NCBI GenBank assembly: GCA_964016885.1
Contig: OZ024746.1
Span: 97,650,001 to 97,714,000 of the forward strand
Length of the DNA: 64,000 nt
From: Eledone cirrhosa
Taxonomy: Eukaryota
Reading direction: 5' to 3'
The notes beneath the pieces were generated by a model, which was given only the letters and a program-made list of their open reading frames with translations, was not told the DNA's origin and made no database searches. The translations under genes and the position numbers were made by a program. Below, piece after piece: positions 62,174 through 64,000 of the stretch; position 1 is the stretch's first letter, and every line of letters begins with the position of its first letter.

Positions 62174-64000
62174 GATTATTATTATATCCAATGGGCATCT
62201 GCAGAGTTTCTCTCTAACAAATTTTACTGACAAGACATTGGTCAATTTGAGGATATAGTACAAGGCATTTGCCCAATGTACCATCCAGTGAGACTGAACC
62301 AAAAATCACAAAGTTGTAAAGTGAATTCTTTAAGAAAACAGCCATAACTTGGGTAAATGCCAGTTATATTTTTATACAGAGATCACAAATTATTTTCCTA
62401 ACCAGTAAGTTGATTTTGAAAACTAAATCTCATTACAATAAATGACTTGCTTTATTATATATTAAAATTACATTCTGTTTGAATAAAAAAAATAAAAAAA
62501 TAGGCAATGAAAATCAAGTAGGAAGTCAATAGCTTAAAATTTCTATATTTACCCCTTTAGTTACCAATCCAGCTAAAACCAGCTCTGGTTCTATAAAATA
62601 AAACCACCCATTTTAAAGGGTTCCTATATAAATTAAAATCTTCCAGTATAATTTTTTATAAGAACTGTACATTAACTTACTATTTTAGTAATGAAATAAT
62701 TAATAATTTTAGTAAATCCCTCAAATTCTTCATTAATTAATTAAAATAGTATGTATTTCATTAGAAATGCAGTCATGAAAGGGTAAAACATTCATATAAA
62801 TTATGAATTTTGTTTCACAATGTTTGAAAGGTTTTCAAGATTATTATTTTTGTATTGGATAAGTTAGTAGATATATTCAAGAAGTTGATTGATTCTAACA
62901 GCATGATATAGAAGTTCCTGGTGCATGCTGTTAAAGTGAAAAGTACTTAAGTTATATCAATAAAAATGTTTTTAAAAGATGTAAAAATATCAATATTTCA
63001 AGATGATTTTGTAAACAGGTAATTGCTAAGATTAAAGTACTAATTGTAGCAATGGAATTTATATTATTGATTCACCAAAAAGATGCTGCACTAAATTCCT
63101 TATTGATGTCATTATAAAACAACAAAATTAACCCTTTACCATTTACATTACTCTATATTTGCTATTGTATTTTCACAGTAAACGCTTTATCTTACATAAT
63201 TATCTCACAGAATATTGAATCTATGAGATTTTGATGTGTATTTTGAAAACAATACCTTAATGTAGGTATGAGCAGCCAGATACGGCTGGTTTGAACTGAA
63301 AGAGGTGAGAAAGTTCTGGCCTGATATGGTCAGTTTAAATGCCAAAGGGGTAACCCTTTCATTATCATATTTCTAATGAAAGACACTGCCTATAATTTTC
63401 AAATAATTTTGAAAGTAATCAAGAATTTAGAAGGATTTTGTAATATAATTAACTTCCTTATTATCAATCATGTGTTTGGGGCTTAAGATAATGGTTCTTA
63501 CGTAAAATTACGATAGAAAGTTTTAAGAAAAATATAAACACTTTAAAATAAATATTTTTGTATCATAGAACTAATGGCCATTTCAGGTAGTTTGTTATCT
63601 TCTTCCTCACCCACTTATTCCTGAGAGGGTCATGGGAGCAGAGGCCTCAAACACTCCTTTCAGCAGGTGCTGTCAGAAACAACCATCTCCAATTTATCTG
63701 GCTGGATCCCGAAGCAAAACTAGCCAATCTCATGGATGTTATCCAACCATCTTTCTTGGGGTTTACTCTTGGGTTTCCTGCCCACTGGTTTTTGCCTGTA
63801 AAATCTGTTGAATGATTCTTTCCTGAGACATGCTGCTAGCTTGGTATCAAAAGAGTTAAACAGAGAGGTATGCTTTATAAATACTTTTAGTATTAACTCC
63901 ACTTTCTTATATTTTAATCATTACTCTTCTTCTTCTTTGCCCATTTATTCCTGGGAACAGAGACCTCAGACAAACCTTCAAGAGGCTCCTATCAGAAGCA

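Overview
AT-rich animal DNA with no intact host protein-coding gene. The SINE types, microsatellite load and LINE content look cephalopod, probably octopus (inference). The window reads as intronic or intergenic sequence filled with repeats: two tRNA-derived SINE superfamilies (Meta-like and CORE-like), RTE and CR1 LINE fragments, a decayed R4/Dong-type RLE LINE, piggyBac-type (TTAA), hAT (8-bp TSD) and Tc1/pogo (TA) MITEs, Helitron-like pieces, and large tandem arrays (periods 60, 27, 60, 45, 80 and ~40 bp). The arrays account for all the very long ORFs. The most striking unannotated signal is about 12 sequence-diverse minimal type I hammerhead ribozyme motifs (CTGANGA-stem II-GAAA-short, often palindromic stem III-UH, closed by stem I). 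Most sit in foldback or Penelope-like remnants beside (TA)n tracts, and one lies downstream of a Penelope-type GIY-YIG endonuclease fragment. Three small minus-strand splice-signal candidates, including an AG|GTAAGT recursive-splice-like site, hint at a long host gene on the minus strand. Coordinates were read by eye and may be off by a few bases.
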